From NCBI GenBank assembly GCA_964342185.1, contig CAYFER010000002.1, positions 23,717 through 87,716 on the forward strand: DNA of 64,000 nucleotides, read 5' to 3'. Shown one piece after another: positions 19,503 through 30,121 of the stretch; positions within the stretch are counted from its first letter, which is position 1, and each line of letters opens with the position of its first letter. Source of the DNA: an uncultured Vicinamibacteraceae bacterium. GTDB lineage: Bacteria; Acidobacteriota; Vicinamibacteria; Vicinamibacterales; UBA8438. Under the pieces are notes generated by a model that did no database searches, had not been told where the DNA came from, and saw nothing but the letters and a program-made list of their open reading frames with translations. The position numbers and the translations under genes are program-made.

Positions 19503-20907
19503 CCCGAGCAACCCGGAGTTCGCGCGAGCTCTGGAAATTGCGCAAGCGGTTCGGGCAGTCGGCGGTCAGGCACTATTCGTAGGAGGCTGGGTTCGTGATC
19601 GTCTTGCCGGATGGAAATCAAAGGACATTGACGTCGAGGTCTATGGCGTAACCGAAGAACACCTCCGGTCATTACTGGAGCGAATCGACCGCGTCAACCG
19701 CGTCGGAGAAAGCTTCACGGTATACAAAGTAGGTGGGATTGATGTTTCACTGCCCAGACGAGAATCTAAAACAGGGCGAGGTCACCGGGGCTTCACAATC
19801 GAAGGCGACCCGAACCTTTCATTCAAAGAAGCCGCCCGACGCCGAGACTTCACAATTAACGCTATTGCTTGGAACCCACTTACCAACCAATATCTCGACC
19901 CATACCAAGGTCAAAATGACCTAAAACAAGGCATCTTGAAGATGGTTGACTCCCAAACATTTTCGGATGACAGTCTTCGCGTGCTACGAGCCATTCAGTT
20001 CGCTGCCCGTTTTGGTTTTACACTCGACGAAGCCACTAGAACAATTTGCCGGTCCATTAAGTTGGACGATCTCCCACCAGAACGCATTTGGGGAGAACTC
20101 GAAAAGCTTCTGTTGGGATCGCCCCGACCATCTGTTGGATTAACACTTGCTCTAGAACTCAACGTAATCGGACGTCTTTTCCCTGAGCTTGCAGCGCTGA
20201 TTGGATGTAAACAAGAACCAGAATGGCATCCTGAAGGCGATGTTTGGACTCACACCCTCCTAGTGGTAGACCAAGCAGCCTCTAGCCTCAAAGAGCTCTC
20301 GCATCCTAAACAGTCGACACTGATGCTCGCCGCCATCAGCCACGATTTTGGCAAGCCGAGCACAACAGAGTTTATTGATGGTCGGATACGTTCGCGTAAC
20401 CATGAAAAAGCAGGAATCAAACCAACAGAGACTTTTCTCGATCGTATCAACATTCATTCCTTCAATGGATACGACGTGCGCCGACAGGTTCTCGAACTCG
20501 TCGCTCACCATCTAACGCCAGGAATGTGGCATAAGGCTCCGGATGGCGTCACTGATGGAGCATTTCGCCGATTGGCTCGAAAGGTTGACCTAGAACTACT
20601 AGCAGTGCTGGCCAAGGCCGACTGTCGAGGACGAACAGGAATGTTTGACTGTTCCGCTATGGATTGGTTCCTGGAACGTGCCCGGGCGTTGGGCATAGAG
20701 CACGAAGCACCTGCGCCGCTGCTTTTAGGACGTCATCTACTTCAACTTGGACTGCTCCCAGGGCCTGAGGTTGGTAAACTTCTGAAGCACATCTACGAAC
20801 GCCAATTGGACGGCACGGTTCGATCAGTTGATCAAGCGATCTCTGAAGCAAAATTATTGCTCAGTAAAAAGACAACAACCCTCTCGAAGAACTCGGACCA
20901 ACAGTAG
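19480..20907 (+). CDS. cca: CCA tRNA nucleotidyltransferase with HD domain
   Basis: VGGWVRD, DIDVE, RRDFTINA, D.LRVLRA.QFAARF, WHPEGDVWTH and HDFGK motifs. Confidence 0.88.
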   Translation: MASASQADPSNPEFARALEIAQAVRAVGGQALFVGGWVRDRLAGWKSKDIDVEVYGVTEEHLRSLLERIDRVNRVGESFTVYKVGGIDVSLPRRESKTGRGHRGFTIEGDPNLSFKEAARRRDFTINAIAWNPLTNQYLDPYQGQNDLKQGILKMVDSQTFSDDSLRVLRAIQFAARFGFTLDEATRTICRSIKLDDLPPERIWGELEKLLLGSPRPSVGLTLALELNVIGRLFPELAALIGCKQEPEWHPEGDVWTHTLLVVDQAASSLKELSHPKQSTLMLAAISHDFGKPSTTEFIDGRIRSRNHEKAGIKPTETFLDRINIHSFNGYDVRRQVLELVAHHLTPGMWHKAPDGVTDGAFRRLARKVDLELLAVLAKADCRGRTGMFDCSAMDWFLERARALGIEHEAPAPLLLGRHLLQLGLLPGPEVGKLLKHIYERQLDGTVRSVDQAISEAKLLLSKKTTTLSKNSDQQ

Positions 20908-20934
20908 TGCAGTGTGATTTTCTAGAGCCGATTA

Positions 20935-21996
20935 TTAAGGTTTAGATTTCTCGGTATTAACATTTATTGAGTCGGCAATCTCCTGGCGAGAAAAATTGGA
21001 GGCTTCGCAGAGTTCGTTCGTGCTCAGTATCTTACTCAGTGCAGAGCCTGAAATATTTCCTCCACTGACGACCGCAACGCAAGTTTCGTAGTTACTCGAC
21101 CTGGTCGCCGCAAGAGCAGCGGCGACAGTTACGGCACCGCTCGGCTCTACGACAAGCTTCGCGGACCGAAACAGCCAAGCTACTGCACGTTTAATCACAT
21201 CGTCTTTGACCGCAACTACGGTGTCGACAAATTCTTTGACATGTAAGAAGGCAAGGTCACCTGGTCGTACAGGCAAAAGGCCGTCGGCCACACTATTCAC
21301 AGAACTCAGTGTTTTAGGCCGTCCTGCATAAAGTGAAGCTAACATCTTCGCCGCCCCGACTGGCTCGACGCCAATGACGCGTGCATGTGGGTAGGTCTGC
21401 TTAATTGCCGCCGACACACCAGCGATAAGTCCACCACCACCAATTGGTACATACACGCAGTCGACATCTGGGCAATCTTCGACGATTTCTAATCCAACCG
21501 TCCCCTGTCCCGCAATGACCTTGGGGTGGTCAAAAGGCGGTACAACGGTCAGCCCTCTAACGTCAGCTTCGTATTCCGCTCTCGCTTTTCGTTCCGCCGA
21601 AGTCGTCCCTTCCATAATCACTTCTGCGCCGAAAGCTTTCGCCCTAAGCACTTTCACGTCCGGCACGGTGACCGGCATTACAACCAGCGCCGGAATACCC
21701 AGTAGCCGTGCCGAGTACGCGACCGCCTGCGCGTGGTTACCAGATGAATAGGTGACTACACCACGCTGCCTTTCGTCAGAGGAAAGTCCAAGCATCATGT
21801 TTGACGCGCCGCGCAACTTAAAGGAGCCTGCCATTTGGAGATTTTCAGCTTTGAGGCGAACTGGCCGACCCACGTGCCGTGACACATCGACGAGAGGCGT
21901 CCGAACTACCGTCTCACGAATCCGATTGGCGGCTCGTTCAATGTCCCTGAGAGGCGTAAGAGGCGAAGCGACAGAAGTCACCCTGTACCAAAGCAT
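20935..21996 (-). CDS. PLP-dependent threonine/serine dehydratase (no ACT domain)
   Basis: KAENLQ.AGSFKLRGA, SSGNHAQ, PIGGGGL, EPSGA and SGGN motifs. Start uncertain. Confidence 0.92.
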   Translation of the reverse strand: MLWYRVTSVASPLTPLRDIERAANRIRETVVRTPLVDVSRHVGRPVRLKAENLQMAGSFKLRGASNMMLGLSSDERQRGVVTYSSGNHAQAVAYSARLLGIPALVVMPVTVPDVKVLRAKAFGAEVIMEGTTSAERKARAEYEADVRGLTVVPPFDHPKVIAGQGTVGLEIVEDCPDVDCVYVPIGGGGLIAGVSAAIKQTYPHARVIGVEPVGAAKMLASLYAGRPKTLSSVNSVADGLLPVRPGDLAFLHVKEFVDTVVAVKDDVIKRAVAWLFRSAKLVVEPSGAVTVAAALAATRSSNYETCVAVVSGGNISGSALSKILSTNELCEASNFSRQEIADSINVNTEKSKP

Positions 21997-22002
21997 ATAC
22001 TG

Positions 22003-22671
22003 ATGACTATGGTTGACCGGAATAGGTCTGTTCGGACCATCTGCATTACTGTTCTGCTAGTAACGTGGTTCTTGAATTCAGCACCGGTGCTGGCCCAGGA
22101 AGAAATCGCTCTGCCGATCGACCGGTTTGTAACCGACGTCCGTGGATCACTCTCGTTGTTTGGTCAAAATAGACAATTTGCCAGTGCTCGAGGTCTCAAC
22201 ACGTCTGTGACCCCTCGGATAGGTCTGGGATTTGAAGTTGGCGCGCACGCTTATCTATACCGCTGGCGAGTTATAACGATCGGCGTAGGCGGAACTATCC
22301 ACAAATCACTTGGCACTAAAGGTGAAATCCAAACCGAATCTCACACCAAAGCACCTGCCATTCGGACTAACTTCTTTGCAATTTCACCACAGCTGTCACT
22401 GAATTTCGGTAGCCGTGACGGTTGGAGCTACTTAAGCGGTGGTCTCGGGAGCTCGACCCTAGGACTATATCCGGCTGGAACTGCAAACAATACTCGTTAT
22501 ACACGTGCACTAAATTACGGCGGAGGCGCACGCTGGTTTACCAGTGACCATATCGCGTTTTCCCTTGATCTTAGATTCTACGCACTGACGCCGCTACCCC
22601 GCACAAACTTACAACCTGGTTCTCCACGTATAACATTGGCAGTCTTCAACATCGGTGCATCCTTCCGATGA
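22003..22671 (+). CDS. Exported outer-membrane beta-barrel-like protein
   Basis: Signal peptide (VLA-Q), alternating beta strands, NYGGGARWF and a terminal GASF. Confidence 0.65.
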   Translation: MTMVDRNRSVRTICITVLLVTWFLNSAPVLAQEEIALPIDRFVTDVRGSLSLFGQNRQFASARGLNTSVTPRIGLGFEVGAHAYLYRWRVITIGVGGTIHKSLGTKGEIQTESHTKAPAIRTNFFAISPQLSLNFGSRDGWSYLSGGLGSSTLGLYPAGTANNTRYTRALNYGGGARWFTSDHIAFSLDLRFYALTPLPRTNLQPGSPRITLAVFNIGASFR

Positions 22672-22703
22672 ATGGAGTCAGTTAAATTACTTGAGATGCT
22701 CTG

Positions 22704-25223
22704 ATGAAACGGGAGAATTTACTCGATTTTTTCGATGACCGTATTCGGTCAAAACAGAATTTCTTCGTCTATGACGACGGCTACCGATCGTATACATACA
22801 GCTACGAGGAAATCCGTCAGGCCGCGTACGACTTTTCACAACGCCTCGCTGGTGCTGGTTTCCGCCGACAAGACAAGGTGATCATTTGGAGTGAAAACCG
22901 CCCAGAGTGGGTCGTGGCCCTGTGGGGCTCTTGGCTCGCTCAGTGTGTGGTCGTTCCGGTCGATTACCGTGCTTCCGAAGACTTATTGTTAAAAATTGTT
23001 TCAATCGTTGAAAGTGATGTTGTACTCATTGGCGATGAAGTCCCGTCGCCGATCGGTAAGGTTAGAGCCTGGCCACTCAAAGACCTCTTAACAGCCAACC
23101 GAATCAAAGCCGAGTCATCAACGCTTGTCACCGGTGTCGACAACGCTACTGAGCTGGCCGAAATTATTTTCACTTCGGGAGCCACTGCAGACCCGAAAGG
23201 CGTCCAATTAACTCATCGTAACATCCTCGCCAACACTCTACCGGTGGAACGAGAAATCTTGAAATATAGGAAATACGCCAAGCCATTCTCTCCAATTCGG
23301 TTCCTTAACCTCCTTCCCCTCAGTCATATGTTCGGACAAGCCATGACAACCTTTATACCTCCGATGCTTTCCGGTGTAACGGTATTCATGCACGGCTACA
23401 ACCCATCTGAAATTGTCAACCAGATCCGGAAACATCGCGTTTCAGTTTTGGTCTGTGTCCCGAAGATGCTAGAGGTGCTCCGAGAACACATAGAACATCT
23501 TGCTCCGGAAGTTCTTGAACCGGTCGAACCGAAGGAATCGGTCGCTCTACGATGGTGGCGCTACCGTAAAGTCCATCGATTGTTTGGAATGAAATTCTGG
23601 ACATTTGTCGTGGGAGCTGCAGCACTCGACAAACGTCTCGAAGAGTTCTGGTCAAAACTGGGCTTCTTGGTAATTCAGGGATACGGTCTCACAGAAACCG
23701 CGCCGATCGTGACTCTGAATCATCCTTTTCGTACACGCCGTGGAAGCGTCGGTAAACCTATCGGTGGTGTTGAAGTAAAGATTGCTTCGGATGGCGAAAT
23801 TTTAGTGCGCGGCGAGAATGTAACTACCGGCTATTTCAAATCTCCGACGGCCACCACAGCAGCGTTTCAGGATGGATGGTTTCACACTGGTGATATCGGC
23901 ACCCTTGACGCCAGCGGTCAGCTCACGGTGCGAGGGCGTAAAAAAGAAACCATCGTCACCTCGGACGGATTAAACGTTTTCCCTGACGACGTCGAACAAG
24001 TACTTCGGAACATCGCAGGTGTTCGGGATGCGACGGTTGTTGGAGCAGCCGTTGAGGGAACCGAGAAAGTCCATGCTGTTCTCATACTGCGGCCAGAGGC
24101 CACCCCTTCAAGTATATTAGAAACTGCGAATGCAAAACTTGAAGAGCATCAAATGATAAAAGGCTACAGCCTGTGGCCGAGCGGCGAGTTTCCAAGAACT
24201 GAAGGCACACAGAAATTAAAGCGGCACGAAATACGTCGGTGGCTCGAGAACAAAGAAACCCTCATGAGTCCGCCACCGCGCACAGCGGGAACAACGCGGT
24301 CGATTATCCAAAATATTTCTGGCCAACAGCAAATCAATGCGAATACCACCATTGAAGAACTCGGTTTCAATTCAATTGAACGAATCGAACTAATGATGGC
24401 CATCGAACAACAACTTGATCGCTCACTTGATGAGCAAACCCTAAGAGACGCTAGAACCGTCGCTGGTCTTGAAGCGATCTTAAACTCTGATAATCCGTCT
24501 AACCTAACCAGGAAAGACCGCGTCTCAGCTGCTCCACCTTTATCGTTTCCAAAATGGAACAGAAGTTTAACGGCCAAGATCATTCGACGAATTAGCCTCA
24601 ACGCGTTTCTTTTACCTCTGACACGGCTTTTCGCGTGGATCGAAGTGGAAGGACTTGAACACCTCCACTCTACATCGGACCCAGTTGTCTACGCAGCCAA
24701 TCACCAGAGTCACCTGGACGGCCCGGTCATCTTAGCGGCATTGCCTGTGAATCGAAGAATACAAGTGGCTACAGCAGCCGCAAAAGAGTTCTTTGCGGCT
24801 CACTTTTATCCTGAACAGCATTCCTGGCGGCAGTACATGACAAGTTCGTTTAATTACTATCTGGGCAGTCTCTTATTTAACATTTTTCCTTTGCCCCAGC
24901 GTGAAGCCGGCACTCGTGAAGCTATTAGATATCTGGGCGAGCTACTCGGCCAAGGAAATTCAGTCCTCATTTTTCCGGAGGGACGTCGAACCACCACTGG
25001 TGAAATCGACCGCTTTCAACCAGGAATCGGGATGATTGCCAGTCGTCTAAATATACCCATCGTTCCCGTTCGCCTAGAAGGCATTGATCGAATTCTCCAT
25101 CAATCCTGGCGTATGGCCCGGCCTGGTCCAGCTAGAGTTACGTTTGGTGAAGCACTGAATCTGACAGGCGACGACTATCCTAACTTGGCAAAACAAGTCG
25201 AAGATGCTGTGCGAAAACTTTGA
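22704..25223 (+). CDS. Acyl-CoA/ACP synthetase - carrier domain - PlsC acyltransferase fusion
   Basis: FTSGATADPKG, GYGLTE and GWFHTGD (adenylation); ELGFNSIERIEL (carrier Ser); NHQSHLD and FPEGRRT (PlsC). Confidence 0.9.
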   Translation: MKRENLLDFFDDRIRSKQNFFVYDDGYRSYTYSYEEIRQAAYDFSQRLAGAGFRRQDKVIIWSENRPEWVVALWGSWLAQCVVVPVDYRASEDLLLKIVSIVESDVVLIGDEVPSPIGKVRAWPLKDLLTANRIKAESSTLVTGVDNATELAEIIFTSGATADPKGVQLTHRNILANTLPVEREILKYRKYAKPFSPIRFLNLLPLSHMFGQAMTTFIPPMLSGVTVFMHGYNPSEIVNQIRKHRVSVLVCVPKMLEVLREHIEHLAPEVLEPVEPKESVALRWWRYRKVHRLFGMKFWTFVVGAAALDKRLEEFWSKLGFLVIQGYGLTETAPIVTLNHPFRTRRGSVGKPIGGVEVKIASDGEILVRGENVTTGYFKSPTATTAAFQDGWFHTGDIGTLDASGQLTVRGRKKETIVTSDGLNVFPDDVEQVLRNIAGVRDATVVGAAVEGTEKVHAVLILRPEATPSSILETANAKLEEHQMIKGYSLWPSGEFPRTEGTQKLKRHEIRRWLENKETLMSPPPRTAGTTRSIIQNISGQQQINANTTIEELGFNSIERIELMMAIEQQLDRSLDEQTLRDARTVAGLEAILNSDNPSNLTRKDRVSAAPPLSFPKWNRSLTAKIIRRISLNAFLLPLTRLFAWIEVEGLEHLHSTSDPVVYAANHQSHLDGPVILAALPVNRRIQVATAAAKEFFAAHFYPEQHSWRQYMTSSFNYYLGSLLFNIFPLPQREAGTREAIRYLGELLGQGNSVLIFPEGRRTTTGEIDRFQPGIGMIASRLNIPIVPVRLEGIDRILHQSWRMARPGPARVTFGEALNLTGDDYPNLAKQVEDAVRKL

Positions 25224-25294
25224 GTACTGACACCGTGGTCAAGCTCGCAACCATCAGATGTTTAAGCTGCTATACTTCCGGTCTCAGGAGCTAG

Positions 25295-25513
25295 ATGGCG
25301 AAAGACGATCTCATTGACGTTCAAGGAACTGTAGTAGCGGTTCATAGCGGCGGGCTCTATCGGGTCGAATGTGACCCTGGTCATGAAGTTCTGGCACAAT
25401 TAAGTGGTCGAATGAGACGCTTTCGAATCAAAGTGGTGCCTGGAGACCGCGTTACGGTTGGTGTCTCACCCTACGATCCGGCCCGTGGAATCATTACATT
25501 TCGAGCTCGCTGA
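25295..25513 (+). CDS. infA: Translation initiation factor IF-1
   Basis: MAKDDLI...SGRMRRFRIKVVPGDRVTV..SPYD..RG.I.FR. AGGAG Shine-Dalgarno sequence. Confidence 0.97.
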   Translation: MAKDDLIDVQGTVVAVHSGGLYRVECDPGHEVLAQLSGRMRRFRIKVVPGDRVTVGVSPYDPARGIITFRAR

Positions 25514-25626
25514 AAATTGGCCGTAGGGAAATCTCTTTTTGCCTTGTGAGGCATTTCGCTCGGATTCGACAGGACAACTTCAAAGGTTGAAACCAGGCCA
25601 TCAAGAACCTTTTTTGTCTAGATTCA

Positions 25627-25896
25627 GTGGAAATCACAAAGACGCCACTCGCTGACCAATCTGCTTCTGACCGCCACGAAAAGACGCAGCAAGAAAACAC
25701 CGCTTTAAAGAGGTTCAAAGCGTGCCGATGGCACGAACATCAGAGCACTGAAGCATCCTACTGTTCTCATGGAGAAGTCGTACCTTTTACCGGTAAGAAC
25801 GGCTTTAAACCAGAAGCATGGTGTCTTGAGTGCTCGTTCTTCAAAACGAAACGAGCTGTCAAGCAACAACAGGTTGACCATTACTCAGACCACTGA
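25627..25896 (+). CDS. Small hypothetical protein with four Cys (possible metal binding)
   Basis: Fills the gap after infA. Pattern CRW-x10-C-x19-CLEC. Confidence 0.55.
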   Translation: MEITKTPLADQSASDRHEKTQQENTALKRFKACRWHEHQSTEASYCSHGEVVPFTGKNGFKPEAWCLECSFFKTKRAVKQQQVDHYSDH

Positions 25897-25930
25897 GAAA
25901 CACCTCTGACCCTAAGACAAGCTTCGACAT

Positions 25931-27076
25931 CTACTCGCTAAATTCCTTGGCGAGATCAAACCATTCACCATCGGGCGCCAGTTCTTGATACAAACGCCAG
26001 TGTTCTTTTGCTTCTTCAGATCGACCCATCTTCTCCAGCGTGACCGCGACATAAAAATGGCCGTCAGCGTACTTCGGATTGAGCTGCAACGCTCCGTCAT
26101 AGTAGGTCATGGCCTCCTGCAATCGGCCAAGATCATGGTGAATATTCCCAAGGTTGAAATGAGCTTCAAAACAAGAAGGATCGAGTAACAGGGCCCGACC
26201 GTAGAGGGCTTGCGCTTCAACAAGATCATCGTGTGCATAGTGAAGATTCGCTAGGTTCACAATCGCTGGCACAAGAGTTGGGTCTAGCAGGAGAGCCTTG
26301 CGATAAGCGATTAACGCCCGCTCACGGTCTTGCTCGCCTCCTTCATCAAGCTCTGAGCCTTCAAGGAAGAACCGCACCGCCAGTGCCGCCTTCTCTCCAC
26401 CCAGTTCCGGATCTGAAGGCACAGAAATCGTTACTTTCGTTGCCTCCCTTCGTCTCAAAGCCACCACTTTTGCCGCTGGCGCTGGCCCACGAGCAGCGTT
26501 AAAATTCAGTGCCAATTGACCTTCTCTAGCAGCCAACCTACGCCTCACTGCACCACGAAATGAACCGTTCTGCTCAAGTTCATCATGAATCTGCTTCAAT
26601 ACCGAAACATCACTAAAGTTGTAGTAGGTGTCGGTGTTGGTTCGGGCCACTGGTTGCAGTAAACCGCATTTTTCAAGATAGCGTAACTGGGCCTCTCGAA
26701 TGCGAGGATATCGACTCCGGATCTGACTGAGACTATGGTACAGCTGTTTCAACAATTCGCTGGACTGCAGTGCAGCGAGACGGCAGAATTCATCTTCACT
26801 CAGAATCTGAATGCTGCCAGGAGAACGGATATTAACCGCCTCTGCTTTTTTAAGCTTGTTACTCTTTCCACTGGCCACACCCGCAACACCAGCACCAATC
26901 ACCAGAATAGTCGTCCTTGACGTGACCTGATCGCACGCCAACCCGCCCTGTCGTTCAACGAGAGCATATGCTTCCCGACGCCCAATAGAAGCCAGTTTTC
27001 CAGTGAAGACAACGATCTGATCAAGAAACGGGGACCGTGCTGAGAGTTTGTCGCCGAGCGCAGACGCCTGCGTCAT
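25931..27076 (-). CDS. BRCT + MerR-like HTH + TPR multidomain protein
   Basis: VVFTGKL...LVERQGG...VTSRT.ILVIG...K.KKAE...ILSEDEF (ligase-type BRCT); QLRYLEKCGLLQP...Y.FSD (MerR HTH); C-terminal TPRs (AHFNLG, AL.L.P). Confidence 0.85.
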   Translation of the reverse strand: MTQASALGDKLSARSPFLDQIVVFTGKLASIGRREAYALVERQGGLACDQVTSRTTILVIGAGVAGVASGKSNKLKKAEAVNIRSPGSIQILSEDEFCRLAALQSSELLKQLYHSLSQIRSRYPRIREAQLRYLEKCGLLQPVARTNTDTYYNFSDVSVLKQIHDELEQNGSFRGAVRRRLAAREGQLALNFNAARGPAPAAKVVALRRREATKVTISVPSDPELGGEKAALAVRFFLEGSELDEGGEQDRERALIAYRKALLLDPTLVPAIVNLANLHYAHDDLVEAQALYGRALLLDPSCFEAHFNLGNIHHDLGRLQEAMTYYDGALQLNPKYADGHFYVAVTLEKMGRSEEAKEHWRLYQELAPDGEWFDLAKEFSE

Positions 27077-27167
27077 GTTCGTAGTAACTGTAAGTATTCG
27101 AAATGCCAGTTGCTGGAAAGATGCTTGAGAATGATCATAAAGTCAAGTCGTTCGGTACTGTAATTAC

Positions 27168-28166
27168 ATGGCGACCCTATTAGCTGGCGACGTCGGTGGA
27201 ACTAAGACGCTCTTGGGTCTATTCGACTCAACGCACTCACCACCATTGCGACTAAAAATTTCTCGATTCAGGACGATAAACTTCAGCGGACTCCCCGCGA
27301 TGATAGAAAAGTTTCTGACTGGTCATCGTGGCTCTATTGAGAGCGCATGCCTGGGTGTTGCTGGGCCAGTTCAACACAACGTCTCTAATTTAACCAACAT
27401 ACCGTGGCGTGTGGATGTCAAAGATATTTCTGTGCCTTTTTCGATTCCCTGTGTCCGATTACTGAACGACGTCACAGCAACAGCATATGCCATTCCCCAA
27501 TTAACTGGGCGCCAACTGGAATTTCTTCAGATAGGCCACCGTGACACTCAAGGTAACGCTGCATTGATCGCTTCTGGTACCGGCTTAGGCGAGTCCATAC
27601 TTCAGAACATTAACGGAACACTTACCCCCACACCTTCTGAAGGAGGTCACGCAGATTTCGCGGCACGTACGACACGCGAACAAAGAATTGTTGAAACTTT
27701 AATCCCATCGCACGGTCGAGTCTCGTGCGAAGAAATCCTCTCAGGTTCAGGACTAGTGCATCTTCATCGATTCGTACACGGCTCTGAGGATTGTGCTGGA
27801 TTACCAGAGGGTATTCCGAGAAGTGAACAGCCCTTTTGTATTACCAAGGCAGGAATCCGTAAAGACTGCGATGGATGCACGGAAACGGTGAATTTATTCG
27901 TCGACGCTCTTGGCTCAGAAGCCGGAAACCTGGGACTCCGGTCCATGGCGACTGCGGGTGTCTACGTAGGAGGTGGAATACCCCCACAAATCCTTCCTGC
28001 ACTGAGAAACCCACTTTTCCTTCAAGCGTTCACATCAAAATCTCCAATGAGTAATCTTCTCAAGAAAATTCCAGTAGCCGTCATTCTAGACACCGAGGCT
28101 CCGCTTATTGGAGCAGCCATAGCCGCTCAAACTTTACACACTCAACCCTCTGGGCGTTCTGCTTAA
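27168..28166 (+). CDS. glk: Glucokinase
   Basis: GDVGGTKT, GVAGPV, LLND, GTGLG, SEGGH and GGGI motifs. Confidence 0.93.
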   Translation: MATLLAGDVGGTKTLLGLFDSTHSPPLRLKISRFRTINFSGLPAMIEKFLTGHRGSIESACLGVAGPVQHNVSNLTNIPWRVDVKDISVPFSIPCVRLLNDVTATAYAIPQLTGRQLEFLQIGHRDTQGNAALIASGTGLGESILQNINGTLTPTPSEGGHADFAARTTREQRIVETLIPSHGRVSCEEILSGSGLVHLHRFVHGSEDCAGLPEGIPRSEQPFCITKAGIRKDCDGCTETVNLFVDALGSEAGNLGLRSMATAGVYVGGGIPPQILPALRNPLFLQAFTSKSPMSNLLKKIPVAVILDTEAPLIGAAIAAQTLHTQPSGRSA

Positions 28167-28285
28167 GTTTCCTGTTTCTGGATATCAGTCGACACTTGGC
28201 AGAAGTCCAAGAACCGCAATTAAACTTCCAAGCAATTCAATGATAGAGTGTTGTTTCTCAACAACTCAATCAAGGAAGCCCTACA

Positions 28286-30121
28286 TTGACCGTCAGACAT
28301 CTAGTTTTTTTCTCACTCGTCTGGGCAATAACTAACCCTCCTGTTGTCAGAGCTCAATCCCTCGAACCTATTTCTTATACTCTTAGATTTCCAGAACCAC
28401 ACAGTCACTATATGGAGGTCGAGGCACTAATTCCATCTACTGGCCAACCGACAATTGACCTCATGATGCCAGTATGGACACCCGGATCATATTTTGTTCG
28501 AGAATTCGCCAGAAACTTAGAAAACATCACTGCACGTACCCTGAGCGGCTCTGAATTAATTATCGAAAACACTAGTAAGAATCGCTGGGTCGTTGAGACG
28601 AGTGAAACTGAACCAATTATCCTCTCCTATCGGGTCTATAGCCGCGAAATGTCAGTTCGTACCAACTGGGTGGACAGCGACTTCGCCTTGGTTAACGGAG
28701 CACCGACATTCATCACTATTGCCGATTTGAAGCCACGACCCCACGACGTCACTGTGGAACTCCCACCAGGGTGGAATCGAAGTGTAACGGCATTGCCTCC
28801 AACCCCTAGCGGACAGCCGAATAGCTACCGTGCCGTCGATTTTGACACGCTAGTCGATTCACCAATCGTGGCAGGAAATCCAGACATTTATGAATTCACC
28901 GTCGATGAAACGCCACATCTTTTAGTTAACGTTGGCGACGATGGATTATGGGACGGAACACGTTCTGCTGGTGACGTGGAACTCATCGTACGCCAACAAC
29001 ATGAGCTATGGGGATCGATTCCGTACGATCGTTACGTAATTTTGAATCTCATCACCGAATCAGGTGGGGGATTGGAACACAAGGATTCGACTGTCGTGAT
29101 GACGAGTCGCTGGCAAATGCTGGACCGACAAAATTATCTGAATTGGTTAACGCTCGTTAGTCATGAAATCTTTCATGCGTGGAATGTAAAACGTCTCAGA
29201 CCAATCGAACTTGGCCCGTTCAACTACGAACAAGAAGTGCACACTAAAAGTTTGTGGGCGGTCGAGGGTTTGGCCGTTTATTATGGCGCGCTGTTGGTCC
29301 ATCGTGCAGGTTTGTCATCACGTGACGAGTATTTCGCTTCACTTTCTAACGAGATACGTCGCCTTCAAACCACTCCGGGTCGACAAGTCCAAACGCTCGC
29401 ACAAGCATCGTACAATGCCTGGATCAAGTTTTATAGACCAAACGAGAATAGCCGCAATACAACGGTGAACTACTACACGAAAGGAGCTGTGGTCAGCTTC
29501 CTCCTCGACGCTAAGATGCGACGAATGTCAGGTGGAACTCGCACGCTTGACGATGTAATGCGACTGGCTTACGGGCGCTATTCTGGAGCCCATGGCTACA
29601 CGCCTGAGCAATTACGTGTAACTATTCAAGACGCCCTTGGAGTCGACGTCAATCTAAATGCTTGGTTCGATCAGGTATTAGATAGCGTCGACGAACTAGA
29701 CTACTCCGAAGCACTCGATTGGTTCGGATTAAACCTAACTATGTCCGAGTCGGTGGACACACCAACGGACGAAGAGCGAATTCCTGGATGGATCGGCCTA
29801 ACCCCACGTATGAGTGACGATGACTTATTCGTCACACAGGTAACTCGCGGAACTCCAGGATTCGACGCGGGATTCAACGTTGGCGATGAAATTTTAGCGA
29901 TCGATGGCTACCGCGTCCGGGCAAGCAGTTGGGATAGCCGTTTAGAGCAGTATGGGATAGGTGAAGAAGCTTCAGTTCTCGTCGCCCGAAGAGGACGCCT
30001 TCTTCCTCTCCGCGTGGTCTTTGGCAAAAAACCCGACGCTCTGTGGAAACTTGAACCCCGAACCGTTCAGACAAACTCGCAAAGCTACCGAGTTGATTCA
30101 TGGCTTGGAGAACAACCTTAG
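28286..30121 (+). CDS. M61 glycyl aminopeptidase with PDZ domain, exported
   Basis: [34 protein letters not shown] and a C-terminal PDZ (GDEILAIDG). Confidence 0.93.
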   Translation: MTVRHLVFFSLVWAITNPPVVRAQSLEPISYTLRFPEPHSHYMEVEALIPSTGQPTIDLMMPVWTPGSYFVREFARNLENITARTLSGSELIIENTSKNRWVVETSETEPIILSYRVYSREMSVRTNWVDSDFALVNGAPTFITIADLKPRPHDVTVELPPGWNRSVTALPPTPSGQPNSYRAVDFDTLVDSPIVAGNPDIYEFTVDETPHLLVNVGDDGLWDGTRSAGDVELIVRQQHELWGSIPYDRYVILNLITESGGGLEHKDSTVVMTSRWQMLDRQNYLNWLTLVSHEIFHAWNVKRLRPIELGPFNYEQEVHTKSLWAVEGLAVYYGALLVHRAGLSSRDEYFASLSNEIRRLQTTPGRQVQTLAQASYNAWIKFYRPNENSRNTTVNYYTKGAVVSFLLDAKMRRMSGGTRTLDDVMRLAYGRYSGAHGYTPEQLRVTIQDALGVDVNLNAWFDQVLDSVDELDYSEALDWFGLNLTMSESVDTPTDEERIPGWIGLTPRMSDDDLFVTQVTRGTPGFDAGFNVGDEILAIDGYRVRASSWDSRLEQYGIGEEASVLVARRGRLLPLRVVFGKKPDALWKLEPRTVQTNSQSYRVDSWLGEQP

